64,000 nucleotides of DNA from Callorhinchus milii (GCF_018977255.1 NW_024704742.1:26848001-26912000), one strand, 5' to 3'; positions 39,940 to 53,529 are shown, counted from the first letter of the stretch. The notes: generated from the letters alone by a model not told the origin. Numbers and translations: made by a program.

Positions 39940-40375
39940 ACATGAGGACAGGTTGCATAAACTTCTAAACTCTAGTCCCTTGAGTTCAGAAGGTTGAGGG
40001 ATGATCTGATTGAGATTTTTAAAATAATAAAGGGATTCAATAGAGTAGATACAGAGAAACTATTTTCTCTGGTAAGGGAATCCAGCACCAGGGGGCATAA
40101 TCTTCAAATTAGAGCTAGTCCATTTAGGAGTGAAATTGGGAGGCAGTTTTTCACCCAAAGAGTAGTGAAATTCTGGAACTCTATCCCACTTAACGCTGTG
40201 GATGCTGCCTCCATTCACATTTTCGAAACTGATGTGGATAGATATTTGTAAGGTCAGGATATCAAGGGATACAGGACGAGGGCAGGTATTTGAAGTTGAG
40301 GTACAGATCAACCATGATCTTATAGAATAGCGGAACAAGGGGCTGGATGTCCTACTCCTGTTTCTATATTTCCAT
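39940..40375 (+). mobile_element. CR1 LINE 3' end
   Basis: RDDLIEIFKIIKG...TRGHNL...FFTQRVVKFWNSIP is the canonical CR1 ORF2 C-terminus, followed by 3' UTR. Confidence 0.9.
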
Positions 40376-40799
40376 GATATGCTGTTGGCCAGCTCTCCTG
40401 TCCTGCACTCACTATCTCGAGCACTAAACCATTCAATGAGACTTGGTGATGGGTGCCCCAGGCACTCCTTTAGTAATCATCTTAAAGTCATGCCCTCTTG
40501 TTACTGACTCACCGACCAATGGAAATAATTTCTTCCTATGAATATAATCAAAACACCTCATAACTTAAAATACTTCTATCCACCTCAATCTTCCCTATTT
40601 CTCCTGCAGTGAAAATAGACCCTTTAAGAGTGTGCTCTTAGGTCAAATCATATAATAATTGTTGTCAGTGTAGTGACTGTATTTTGGAAGTGACTGAAAC
40701 AATTTGCGCACAGTAGTAATCATAATAATATTCTTGCATTTGAAATCTCCTACAAATAGCCAGGGAATGAATAGTAATAATCCCTGTGAAAAAAAATGC

Positions 40800-41012
40800 A
40801 AAATACTACCTATGCTGGAAATCTGTAACAAAAACAGAAGTCACTGGGAACACTCAGCAGGTCAGGCAGCATCTATGGAGAAAGGAAATTGAGTCAACGT
40901 TTCTGAATGGGTTCTCATGAAGGGTCATGGATCCAAAACGTTGACTCACTTTCCTTTCTCCATAGATGCTGCCTGACCTGCTGAGTGTTCCTAATAATAA
41001 TCTCTGTGTTTG
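40800..41012. repeat. Palindromic element with 56-bp arms (40847-40902 / 40936-40991), probably Penelope-derived
   Basis: The arms are reverse complements with one mismatch and a 33-nt loop. The family assignment is from recalled similarity only. Confidence 0.8.
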
Positions 41013-42262
41013 ATGCAGAGCCTTTCCGGCCAGAAGAAGATATCAAAGTACCTCATAGGACTTTTAAAACATTTTAACAAATGCAATTCTAGGCAAATAT
41101 GGCAACCAATTTACACACAGTAATGTTGCATAAACGGTCCTGAAGTGAATAATCACTATTATTTGGAGCATTGTTGGCTAGGACATCAGGAGAAATTATT
41201 CTTTTTGAGTAGTGCCGTGGAATCTTTAACGTCTCATCTGGAAGGCACCTCTGACAATGCAGCACTTCACAAAGCACTGCATTCGAGTGTCAGCCTAATG
41301 TCAGCAGTAAATCTCCTCCTCCTCTCCTGCCTCTATGCCTAACAGCCTTCCTAATCTGGAGACAACTAGAAACTGTACAGCATACTCTAGCTGGGGTTTG
41401 ACTAACTGCAAGTTAAACGTGACCTCTTTGGTTTTATATTGCAAGTATTTATTTGTAAAACGTAGAAACTCATTAACTTTTTTCACAATTTTTTTCCGGC
41501 TGCCTTTCCATCATTAAACATTATATGTGTGCAGTATTAACTGGTTTGCACATATCCATTATGCAGGTTTGTACCAGTAAACTATGTTGGCAGGTAACTA
41601 GGTTGAGAGCTGCACCTGAATGGGCAATTTCACTTACTGCCTGTTTTTTTTTCTAGTCGCTATCTTGATCTATTAGAGATGCCAGTCAATTTTAGAGGTC
41701 TGCATTGTGTAACGCCACTACCCATTTGAATGAGTAGATGCTTCAACATGTTGGGCTGGTTTTGGTTGTACTCTTGGCAGGGCTTCACAGGTTGACTTGC
41801 ACTTCAACTTGGCATTTGAAGCTTCAGTTTATTGGAATTTAAATTCTTGGCTAAGATGTGCATCTCATTTCCTGGTGCAGTGATTTTTATGTCCATGGGC
41901 CCTTAACTATTTGCAAACATTTCAACAAAACTGCTTTATTAGACCTTACTATACACAAGCTCTGGGTATACTATCTTCACTTGCCCGTATAAGCCCTACA
42001 TTTGATTTAATAAGATAATTACCCCTAAAAATCAAAAGAACAGTTTTTTTAGACATAGCGTCAAATATTATGGTTTTAAAACCTTTGTTGGATAATGCTC
42101 CGCCTAGAAATATGATACTTCATCCGAATTGTACTCTTGTAACTCTGGGATTTAACAAAGGTTATTAATCGAACAGTGTTTACTTAGAACTTTGAAGGTC
42201 AAGAATTACACTAGTTTTATAGCCGTCTGGGATGAGGATTAGAATTTGCTCAATTTACTTCC

Positions 42263-42583
42263 TTATTGATGCATTGCATTTTTTTTGATATAGCGCTTTT
42301 CACATCGGGAGGACGTCCCAAAGTGCTTCACAGAACACACTGTAAAGTGAATTGACTGTATATTTGTGGGCGAACGCGGCAGCCAATTGCGCACAGCAAT
42401 GTCCCACAAACAGTCGTAGATTGAAAATGACCAATTTATTATTGTTTTTGGTTTTGGAGGGATTATTATTAGGCTCCGTGTGGAGTAAGGAAACTTGCCC
42501 AAGGTTTCGCCCTCTGCCTGGAATTGAACTCAGGTCTCTCACTTGCAAAGCGAGTTCTCTAACCACTGAGCTACAGGACTCCA
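42263..42583 (-). mobile_element. Young tRNA-Ala-derived SINE with L2-like tail
   Basis: Reverse complement is nearly identical to 62072-62402. Confidence 0.9.
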
Positions 42584-44320
42584 AAATGATGAGAGATAAG
42601 GTTGACTATAGCCGGGGATGTAATTAGGTGCTATATCAAATGCAAGGATTGTTATTATTACAAGTTGTATTTTGTTTTGATATAGTTTATTTGCACAAGC
42701 TGATATCTACCCGATTAGTTTCATAGGATTAGGCGCTATATCAAATGCCAGGATTATTATTATTATAACACTAGCATTAAAGACTAGTTTGAATAAGTCA
42801 TGGATCAATTATGAATGCCCTGCTCATCTTTTTGGATGTAACCATTTTAACTTAATAAATTGTATTTTTGTCAAGCACCAACTGGTTTGTTTAAATTCTT
42901 CATAGATATCGTCTTCTCTACATCATCCTTGCCATTTCCTGCAGTCACCCTATATCAGTCTTGCTTACACTTGTCAGAAAGCAAGTCTTGGATGAGTTAT
43001 GACATTTTCCTAAATGAACCCCATCAAAATTGAAGCTGTCCTTCTTTGCACCCACTCATGCTTCTTTCTCAATCTCCAGGTTTCTCACACCAGTGCATGG
43101 AGCCTATTTGGAACCTCTGTGTTTTGTTCAAGCCTTAACTCTCCTTCATACATTTCATTTGGCCTCTGACCATGTCCTCTTTCCTCCCATTTCCGCAACA
43201 TCACCCACTTAATAATAATAATAAACCTTGCATTTGATATAGCACCTTATTACGTCTTCAAGACATCTCAAAGTGCTTCACAAGGTATACTATAAAGCGG
43301 ATTGACTGTATTTTGTTGGCAAACACTTCTTTCACTATCTCACCCCCAGCGCTGACAAAACCCTCATCCAAGCTTTTGTCACCTCCAATCTTGATTTTTC
43401 CAACACAGTTTATCAGCTTCACTTCCCAGCTTCACTTCTCAAAACATCCAACACTCTGCAGGTATGTCCTTTCCCACACTCAGCTCCATGAGCTGATCCT
43501 TGCCTGGATCGACTGGCTTCTTATTCCCCCAGTGGATCAATGCCAAATGCTTCCATAGCCCCTCATCATCCTAGTTCTGCAACCTCTTATGACCGTAAAC
43601 CCTTTAATTTGCTTTCAGGCACTTTTCTGCCATCCACTGAAACTTTTTTCCCAAATCTCTACCTTGTCCCCTCCCTCTTCATAGTCATAACCAGCTAAAA
43701 GACCCATCTCATTGTCTGAGCCGTTGGCCACCTCCACTCCTTTCCAGGTCAGGCTTCCCGAAGGACACCGTAAAGTGCTGTGACACATTCATCCAACATG
43801 AGAATGAATAAACCAATTCAGGCCATCCAGGAGAGCAATTTGCACTGCTCTCAATGATCTCTATAATGTCAGTATTCAAGTATAGCAAAGGCTTGGGGTC
43901 TCCTACCTATTTTCTGGGTTGAAGAATGATTAATAAGCAGAGGGGTCTTAGAAGTGAGATGAAATAACAGTGTGTGGAGAGGAAGGGTGAGTTTTTGAAT
44001 GGCCTATTGTACACCTACAAACAAATCAGTGGTTTGTTGAATCAGCTGCCACGTTAGAATAACTGAATACTGTCAAATATTTGATTCTGTCTAGCTAGCT
44101 TATCTCTATTGAACGTCACGGAGCCTCTTTCTTGGTCACTACAAACTTGAGCTAGACTCAGCTTCGCTTATCCAGAGCCATTAGTGCACATGCACTGTTT
44201 ACATAGGTATAAATGAACAAGCTCAGACTTGTTGGACTGACAAAAACCTCACCAGGAATGACTCTTCAGTTTCCATTAAATAAGGGCAGAAATATATCAA
44301 CATTTCTACACCAACATGTG

Positions 44321-44720
44321 TGTCAGCCTGACGCAGTGGTAGCACTCTTGCCTCTGAGTCAGACGGTTATGGGTTCAAGCCCTAGGTCAGAAGTTGGAAT
44401 CACAATCGTCTAAGCTGACTCTCCAGTGCTGTGGTGGGTGTGTCTTGCAATGTCAGAGGATCTGCCCTTTGGATGAGACATTAAACAGGTCCCATCTGCC
44501 TGTTCAGGTGAATGTTCACGATCCCATGGCACTATTTGAAAAGAGAAAGAAGTTTTTTCTGGTGTCCTGGTCAACAATTCTCCAAATAAAATTGGTTACT
44601 CCCTCAATGTTTTGCCCACAAAATAGTCACTCCACTTTTTACAGTATATCCTGTGAAGCACTTTGAGACATCTCAACAACATGATAAGGTACTATATCAA
44701 ATGCAAGGAAGATTATTATT
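44321..44720 (+). mobile_element. Deu-domain SINE, near full length
   Basis: Colinear with 19773-20180; core ggatgagacattaaac...gatcccatggcactatttgaaaagag. Confidence 0.8.
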
Positions 44721-45330
44721 TTTAATAATCTCGTCAGTTAATTTTCCATTCAAAAAAATAAGATTTTAATTTCAAATATTAAGAATACTATAAATTTAGA
44801 TACACACTAAGACTTTAAAAGGCAATAAGTAAAAGAATTCACACAATAAAAAAGGAAGTTTTGCTGACAGTTTTATTTTGTGACACTACTTTTTCTTCGA
44901 GGTACAGGATACATACAAGCAAGCAATAGGACCTCTCTCAATCTCTCCATTTCTCTCTTGGAGACCGGATAGGAGGTAAAATTTGCATTTTGCCCACAAA
45001 AAAATACACAATCAATCCAATTTACAGTATATTCTGTGAAGTGCTTTGAGATGTCTCAAAGCCATGATAAGGCGCTATATCAACTGCAAGGATTATTATT
45101 AAGAAAAGTGCTAATAAACATTTTGGTATCATTTGGTGAGAGATGGGGGTGGAGGTGGGTAATGTGTGGAGGTGAACAAAAGCAGTCTTGATGAGGCCCT
45201 GAATGTGAGGAAGTAAGAAGAGTTAAAGATCAAACCTCAACTCTGATGTCACTGAGGTACTGGGTTTAGTGAGTTTGAAATGGTGGCCAAGGAGGTTGAT
45301 GATGTTAGAGCAAGATGGGAGGAGACATCA

Positions 45331-45730
45331 GCAGGAGCCAAGGCTTCCCTGCGGGAGCCAAGGCTTCCCTGCGGGAGCCAAGGCTTCCCTGCGGGAGCCA
45401 AGGCTTCCCTGCGGGAGCCAAGGCTTCCCTGCGGGAGCCAAGGCTTCCCTGCGGGAGCCAAGGCTTCCCTGCGGGAGCCAAGGCTTCCCTGCGGGAGCCA
45501 AGGCTTCCCTGCGGGAGCCAAGGCTTCCCTGTGGGAGCCAAGGCTTCCCTGCGGGAGCCAAGGCTTCCCTGCGGGAGCCAAGGCTTCCCTGCGGGAGCCA
45601 AGGCTTCCCTGCGGGAGCCAAGGCTTCCCTGCGGGAGCCAAGGCTTCCCTGCGGGAGCCAAGGCTTCCCTGCGGGAGCCAAGGCTTCCCTGCGGGAGCCA
45701 AGGCCTCCCTGCGGGAGCCATTTCTTCCCT
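45331..45730. repeat. 20-bp minisatellite (GCGGGAGCCAAGGCTTCCCT)x20
   Basis: Directly visible; only the terminal units and two internal single-base variants deviate. Confidence 0.97.
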
Positions 45731-47454
45731 ATGGCTTACCCATGTAGAGCTTCTCTCTTGTTATTATTCTATGTCAGGTTGATAACGTGAAGTTTCCTTA
45801 GTCAGCAAATCCTGGATGATTTGTCTTGGGAACTGTTAACTTCCAGCCGCCTAGTTTATTGTCCACAGACTTTGGTTTTAAATTTATTGCCTGCGAAACA
45901 TAAAACTGTCCTCCATCTAAGTAAAATAAGTTCAATATGCCTTTATATTATATATACCTGAAGTTCACTGGCATTCTGATTCCTGTGCATGGTTTTGTTT
46001 TAAAATTGAGTTTCAGTAGACAAGCTGACTCATTGAAGTGTTTAGCCCCTCCCGAAAGTATTGTGCAAATTATCAGCCCTTCCTATCCTTTGTTTTGGAT
46101 TTCTGCAGAAGGAGAGGCAGTGACCTGGAGCTCCCTGAAACTTGCTAGTTCTGTTTAAAAAATGACGACAAAGTAGCATTTTTTTAAACTCTTATTGCTG
46201 GTTGTGGCCACAGCATAGCTTTGTGGCTGAACTACGCCCTGGGTCCAACTTTGAAGAAACCCATGTGACTACTTTACTGATCTCAAGAGATTGAATTTTA
46301 TTGTAGTTTTGAAAACATGGCTGTTTCTCCTTTGCTCCTACTGATAGACAGGTATGGAGCTTCTTTATATTCCTTAAACACTTTATATTGGGATTTGGGG
46401 TGCGTTATGAAAGGTGCTCAAGTTTATAGGTAGCCACTATTGTTACATTTTTACATTTAAACCGTCAGGCAATTTTCATTGCATTTGAGGGTGGAACTTT
46501 TTTTATGTAATTGTCACGTATAGTTCAGTGTGAAGGGATTAATTTGATCACTCAATTCATGACTGTTTGTGGGACACTGCTGTGCACAATTGGCTACCAC
46601 GGATCGCCTCCAAAATATAGTCAATTCACTTTACAGTATATTCTGTGATTTCAACATTAACATATTGTCATGCAATTGATAACAATTTTGAACTTAAAAT
46701 CAGTGCACTTCTTAAAGTAGTGTACATCAGAGTTTAGTTCAGCTGATTAGCAAGTGTTTAGATTTTTGTTTGCACCATTTTCTCCTCCACTTCTCTTTTT
46801 TAAACATGGTGCAAAAAGCTATAATTTAGCTCAGGTTCATGACCACTGCCCTTATTGCAGTAATATCTTGCTGAATTGGTCTTACTGTCTGTATGCATTT
46901 GGGAGGAAAGTACCGTATGTGTGGTGTCGAATGCATCATGTAATGTGTGCTGCATAATAACCAACCTTTGTACAAATTCATGTTCTGTGTTTGAACCTCA
47001 CAGACCTGGAATAGAAGTGAAATTAATGTAGTGGACGCTGAGTGGTTTGGGTTACTACATATAGTAACATTCTCTTTCTCAGCTACCTTGCTTTTTTATA
47101 TTGCTGTGGTCCAAGTGTGCTTTTGCTCTGTCACTAATAATATATGCTTAAGGGTGTTGCTGTCATGTTTGTAATGTGATAACTTCTTCCCCCTCCCTTA
47201 CCTTGTGATTAGCTGCCTAGAGTAACAACATTTTCAATTATATAGCACCCTTCATGTAGGATAATGTCTTGGAGCGCTTCACAAAGGTGGGGTTGAATGC
47301 CAAGCAAGGGGGAGGGGAGCGGGGGGAGGTGACCATAAGCATGCACAAAGGTAGTTTTCGTGTATGAAAACAGCAAAACACTTCATAGTGGAGTGGGAGC
47401 AAGAATGGAGGGATCAGAGAGAGTTCCCAAGAGCGGAGGCAAAGTGAAAACATC

Positions 47455-47715
47455 CAATTACAACAACAAAATTACATTTGTAAAGCGCCTTTCACGTCCA
47501 GAGGGTGGGGGCAGAGTGGCAGAAGGCCCGCCCGCCAATGGTGGTCCGGGCGAGACAGGGGACGTGACGTAGGCTGGAGCCCGCTGAGCAGAGGGAGCAG
47601 GCAGATTGGTAGGGGGTTAGGAGGTCGCAGAGGTGGGTTGGGGGAGAGGAAGGCCATGGAGAGCTTTGAAGGTGAGAACCGGGATCTTGAACTGTGTGAT
47701 GGGAAGCCAGTGGAT
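47455..47715 (-). mobile_element. L2 3' fragment, internally deleted
   Basis: Reverse complement matches parts of 36550-36970. Confidence 0.75.
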
Positions 47716-49242
47716 GTAGAGGAAAAGAAGAGGTGGTACAAAATAAACTGCCTCATTTACTTTCATAACGTGCTGCCTCCAAAGGAGTTGTTGTTGACCG
47801 CAAATTCATGAGCTAACGTTTATTGAATAATCGTCAGTATAGCCTGAAGATATGAACATGTGCAGACATATTGGTAGTTTTGAAAGGTGTGATTTTTCAC
47901 GTGTGAACAGTTTTACTGCCTCCAATTGTTCACACAGGAAGCTCATATACTGTATCAGAATAATTCTAGGCCTAGAGTCTGAAATTAAATTATACTAACT
48001 AGTAAATTTGTGTTTCAAAACACTGCATCTCTCTCTTGAAAACAGCACTGCTAGTAACTTTGACCTGACCACACGCTGTCGTAAATACTGAAGACTGCAG
48101 TCCCAAAGTTAAAAATGGTGGAAATCAGAACTTTTCTCCTATTATCAACCAAGTTATATCCAGTATTACAGTAGTCTGATTAATTTGTACAAAAAGCTAG
48201 GTACAGTATTAAAATCCAGGAAACTTGTACTTCACAATATTCTCCGACAGCGGGAGGGGAGGGGTGTGGAGAAGGGAGGTAACAGGCTCCCCCTTGGAGC
48301 AAAGCTGGCTTCCAGAGTTACATGTTTGGTAATGGAAAGTCAGAATCAATCTCCTGTGTGGTTTTGGTAGTCCAGGTCCACAGCCAGGCAGGTGTGTAGT
48401 ATTCCAGGGCATGACTGATGACAGACACGCCAGCCTGGTCAGCACGGTGTGTCCCTCCTGGGAAAGAGGGTTGGAGACCCAAGGAAATATCCACCTCCAG
48501 CTGGCATACATGGTAACTCTGGTTTTGGTTTAGATACTCTAAATCTAAATCATCATTAGAGTTCAAAGAGTAAAAAAAAACTGCAAATAATTGGAACTGA
48601 ACCAACTACAAATATATTAAACTCAACCAAATATTGGCATCAGACTGGCTCCGTTCATAGAACTCTTGCCTTTAATAATAATAATAATAATCCTTGCATT
48701 TGATATAGCGCTTTTCACGTCGGGAGGACGTCCCAAAGCGCTTCACAGTTTGAATCAGGAGTTTATGGGTTCAAACCCCACATCAAGACTTGGAACCCTT
48801 AGAGTCTGCTCTGAATAGCAGGATGTTGATATATTCTCGAGGATATTCATGATTAAGCAGAATTGTGTGAGCCTACCTGCTGTTAACTGCGTTGAAGCTA
48901 GTTTGAAATTTAATTTTTAATCTCTTGACTGTCTATCAGTGGTTCTTGGGGTTGATGAATTTCTTAACCAGGTTTTTGCAGATACAATCAGTCTGGTGGT
49001 AGGATGTTAATAATTAATAAATTCTATTATAAATTTTAAATTTTAATACATTTGATTTACTTGGATGAAATATTAACACAAAGGTAGAGGTGTCAGCTTC
49101 TTTTAAATATAGACAAGAAGTAAAAAACTCAGCTGACTTCCTCAGATCTCAGTCCAATAATATGCCCTCACCAGGAGAAATATGACTCAATAAAGCTAGA
49201 AATGTTTCAGTTGTGGGTATACCCTGCACTGTTGGCTGGAAG

Positions 49243-49560
49243 AGTCCTGTAGCCCAGTGGTTAGAGCACTCGCTTTGCAAGCGAGAGACCTGAGTTCAAT
49301 TCCAGGCACAGGGCGAAACCTTGGGCAAGTTTCCTTACTCCACACAGAGCCTAATAATAATCCCTCCAAAACTAAAAACAATAATTAAATTGGTAATTTT
49401 CAATCTACGACAGTTTGTGGGACATTGCTGTGCGCAATTGGCTGCCGCGTTCGCCCACAAATATACAGTCAATTCACTTTACAGTGTGTTCTGTGAAGCG
49501 CTTTGGGATGTCCTCCCGACGTGAAAAGCGCTATATCAAATGCAAGGATTATTATTATTA
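49243..49560 (+). mobile_element. Young tRNA-Ala-derived SINE with L2-like tail
   Basis: Nearly identical to the other young copies; possible short TSD AAGAG (49240-49244 / 49560-49564). Confidence 0.9.
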
Positions 49561-49999
49561 AGAGACATTTTATTGGCAGATAACCAATCAGATAAACATT
49601 CATGTTTGTTAAATGGAATGAAATGCTGCAGAAATCATAGGGCTGAAGGTTTGAATCCTGGCAACTGATGAAGAAACACATGGAATGTCACAGTAAATCA
49701 GTAACCATAGGTTTACAGCACATGATTACGTTTCAGGCTCAAGAGAAATTGGTCTTCATGATTTTGAGAACATTTGAATGTTTGGCCTGAGCAATTTTTT
49801 TTAACCATTGATTTTTCAAAAAATAATGAATGGAAAGGTTCAGGATTTTTTTACACCAGATTCTCTGCACTGTTAGTTTCATAGGTTAGTTTTCACTTTA
49901 CTGTTGTCAAAAGATCACAAAAGAGGTTCAGATAAAGAAGACTCATTTCAGCAGGAAGGTAGTGGAGTAATCCCATTACAGCAACACGCTGTTTCCTAA

Positions 50000-50280
50000 A
50001 TGAATCTAGCATCCTGACCCCAGCAGGCATTCCTAGTACTTTGTTCCAGTCATTAATTTATTTCGTATAAGAAGTACTTTCTGATGTCTTCTTGAAATTA
50101 CCTTTTAGAGTCCTGAACGTTTGTTGTCTTGTTCTGGTGCCTTGGGATATCTGAAAAAATTGTTCTAAGTTTACTTCATTAAATTTAGTATCTTGTGTAC
50201 CTCTACAGTACCCTTTGAGATTTCTCTTTTCAAAGCTTAAGAGCCCTTGCTTATCTAATTGTTCCTTATAACTCTTCCCA
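50000..50280 (-). mobile_element. Old CR1 fragment
   Basis: Minus-strand translation SYKEQLDKQGLLSFEKRNLKG...TRTR resembles a decayed CR1 ORF2 end. Confidence 0.6.
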
Positions 50281-51344
50281 CTGACACGGAGGGTCAACAT
50301 TGATGCCCACTCTGCACTGCCACTTGGGTCTGGCAACCAGCTTACTTGGTGTCAGCCTAGCTCATCTCATAGCACTCATTTCTGAATCAGTAGGTTGTGG
50401 TTTCAAAATTCACGTCAGGACTTTAGCTCATAGTCTATGATCCTCCAATGTAATACTCAGGGAGTGCTGCATTGTCAGAGGTAATGTCCTCTTTTCTTTT
50501 ATAATTTCCTCCAAAACAAAACCCCGGGTAAGCCAAAGCCCATCTGCATCTGAGAACCTTATCACTGGAGATCAGGAAGCTCAGTCCCGATCAAAAATTG
50601 AACATAGACTTTTTTGGCCTTTGTCACTTTGTACAATGCCATCATCCCAACTGTACACTACATTTGGAATTTTTTTATTTTTATTGATTTCGAAGGATAT
50701 ATAGTATGTAGCTATGATTATAATTCAAGGAACAATTGCAGATGTCAGTAGCCTTACTTTATAGTGATGGAATAAAATGTTTATTAATCAAAACCTTGTT
50801 TGCTGCTTGTAATTTTAATTTGACCTAGTTTTCTCATTTCTTTTTTAATGGGAGAAGTGCAATCTGCCAATATATTGTTTCAAATATAACAGTGCATATT
50901 TATTTTTTCGTACATTCAGTCTTAAAGGCACTATTGTCTTGAAATATATTTTGGTGCAGAGCAATAAATATTCATTTGAGAATGTGCACCAAAAACGTGA
51001 CTATCAATATCAACATATTATTGAATTGTCAAATCGTAATTGCAGTGAAAATGATCCACAGATCTTCCTGCCAATGATCTTACTGTTTGTTTAAGTGGTC
51101 CTCAAGTGAGACTGGAAGATGGTGACCTTTGATGACTGCATATAATTTTGAAGCTTTTATCCTCGTATACAAATATGCCTTTGAGACAATTGGAGGTACC
51201 TCAAATTAGAGGCTGTTTACTGTTGTGAATCTTTTAATGTATGCTTGAATTGGGAAATTGAAAGATGAAACTCTATTTAATGAAAGGAGCAGAATATCGT
51301 ACTTTGAATTCATTTTGCTTAGTGACTCCTCCCATTTCTTGCAG

Positions 51345-51468
51345 GAGTTTATTTGCTAAGAAGCTCAAAGAATCTGCAACTGTAGATCAGAGTCCTCCAG
51401 GGTGGAAATTGTTTGGAAAGATACCGACTAAGGAAACACCTCGAAAAGATGCTAAGAAGATTCAGCAG
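51345..51468 (+). CDS. TBC1D14: TBC1D14/TBC1D12-family exon (SLFAKKLKESATVDQSPPGWKLFGKIPTKETPRKDAKKIQQ)
   Basis: Acceptor tttcttgcag, donor CAG|gtatgt, 124 nt, phase 2 to 0, in frame with 33794. The GWKLFGK motif is shared by TBC1D12 and TBC1D14. Confidence 0.9.
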
Positions 51469-53529
51469 GTATGTCATTGCTTTGGTATCACGGATGCCAA
51501 ACTTTTCTTTTCACATTTATGCTGTGGAAGTATTCCCCAACAACATTTGTTGTGAAAAGATAAGTTTCACGTTTCTATCCTTTAGTAAAATTGTGCAACA
51601 CATAATGCACCTAAGTACAAATATAATTGCTTTAGCTTTCTAAAGGACAAAAAATGTCGGACTCCAACATTTCCATACATTCCAATGTAAGGAAAAGATG
51701 TGTAGACCTATAATATGCCTTGTGGCAAATTTGTGCTAATTGTATCTTAAGTAATTATTGAAAGTCAATACGAGCATAACTCATTACTTACTGCGAATTA
51801 ATACTGTTCGTTTTACAAAACTAAGAAATCCCTGCGAATTTGACCCAATTGCTTTTTCTGCACTTCATAAAGCATAAATATAGACTAGTTTGTGTTGACA
51901 TTAAATGCTACAAAGTTCCAATTCATATTTGGATTTAAATTACATAGATAGGGGTCTTATCAGTAACATTTGATTTATTCTATCCCTCTGCTAATGCAGC
52001 TTAGTGCTTCTTCATCTTTTTCTCCACAGACATACAGTGGGATGGTGAGTTCAATAATCTTTTCCTAATAAGCACCCTTTCGTGATCAGCATGCTGCTTT
52101 AATGTTCCATTGATAAATGAATTTTATTTGATTCCTTGCTCCCCAAAGATGCTTATACTTGATAGATAGGCACCTGAGAAATAAAAACAGTGTAAGGGAT
52201 ATCGGGAAAGAGGATATTTTTTAAAAAAAGGTAACTGTGACAAACAAGATAAGCTGAATTGTCTCTTCTAGTGCTGGCTGAGAAACATGGTGTCTATGCA
52301 AATTAATTTCCTTTTATTATCACTAAAGTATATGTGTATCCACTGTTCCTGTTTCCTAAACATCCATATCCTTACGAACCTGGTTTCATTGTTTCTCTGC
52401 TTCCTTTTTATCATCCTGCATGGTTTAAAAGCTTTATTTCAATAACTTCAATCAAGTTATTTTGAATAGAAAGTTCCAGGACTAATTCCAAGAGTACCAC
52501 ATTAATAACGTGAACATTGCAGTTTGACATAATTGTGTGTGATATCCAAACACATCCAGGCGATATTTCTCCATATAAATTTGTTTTTAGATTTTTAAAA
52601 ATGTGCTTTTGCTTTGTTTTACAAAGTACTATGGGTGTTCATAGTAAAATAGTGTAGTGAATGGGTTTCAGATCTTCTCTGATGATGGGAAGAAATAGCA
52701 TATTTGTTTTTCAATTTTATAATTTGTGTTCTAGAAGAAAATAAATTGCAAGGGAGGGAGTAGAGAGGAGCTGCGACAGTACAGATAACATTCTGTTCCA
52801 CTGAACTGTTGTGAATAGTATTTGTGAGGTTCTTTTGGACCTCTGACACAGTGTAATCTTGTTTTACAACAGCATTGGAAATATTTATTTAAGCTATTTC
52901 TTGAGGGCAAACAGTCATGAACTACTCAACTGCCAGCAGTCAGTTTTACTGTGAACTGTTTATACAATTAGAAGGCAACTGGTTGCACTTATGCCTGTTT
53001 ATTTTAAAGAATATAAAACTAAACCATGTTTGAAGTTTTTAACTTGAGAGCATTTCAATTTGGATCTCTAAGATATTTTTAAAGAGACCAATTATGCCTG
53101 AGGGGAAAGAACCACTAAGCATCATTCCACCTTGTGCAATTGATACAAAATAAGACACAGGGCTGCAGGAAAACAGAACCCTTTTTTACTTTATTTGTAC
53201 TTTCATTGCCAGAGTCAATCTGTCCTCGGTTAGAAGACGTATGGTCAGATAAAAAGTAAATATTACTGTTTTTTCTTTCTTCACCGGATTAGTCATCAAA
53301 TTTCTCTCTTAATGGTATTACACCACTTTCTCTCTGATTGTTTTTGTGAGTGAAACAAGAAGTTCAATTTCAGCTCCTAAGCAGAGGCTGAGGTATCTCA
53401 CGGTTGGCAGGGTGCAGCAGCTTAGACAATAACTCTAGCCTCGACCTGAAGAGAGCCTTCAAAGACTGTATAAAACTGTTTCTTTAAACCTTCCGTTAAA
53501 TCGTGTTCTTACCAAGCCTGCTTTCTTCC

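Noticed and set aside
45249..45790. Six overlapping repetitive ORFs, or a CRISPR-like array
   Set aside because: Head-to-tail 20-bp minisatellite without spacers, in a vertebrate intron.
51265..51555. 96-aa stand-alone ORF
   Set aside because: Only 51345-51468 is exonic; the flanks are intron.
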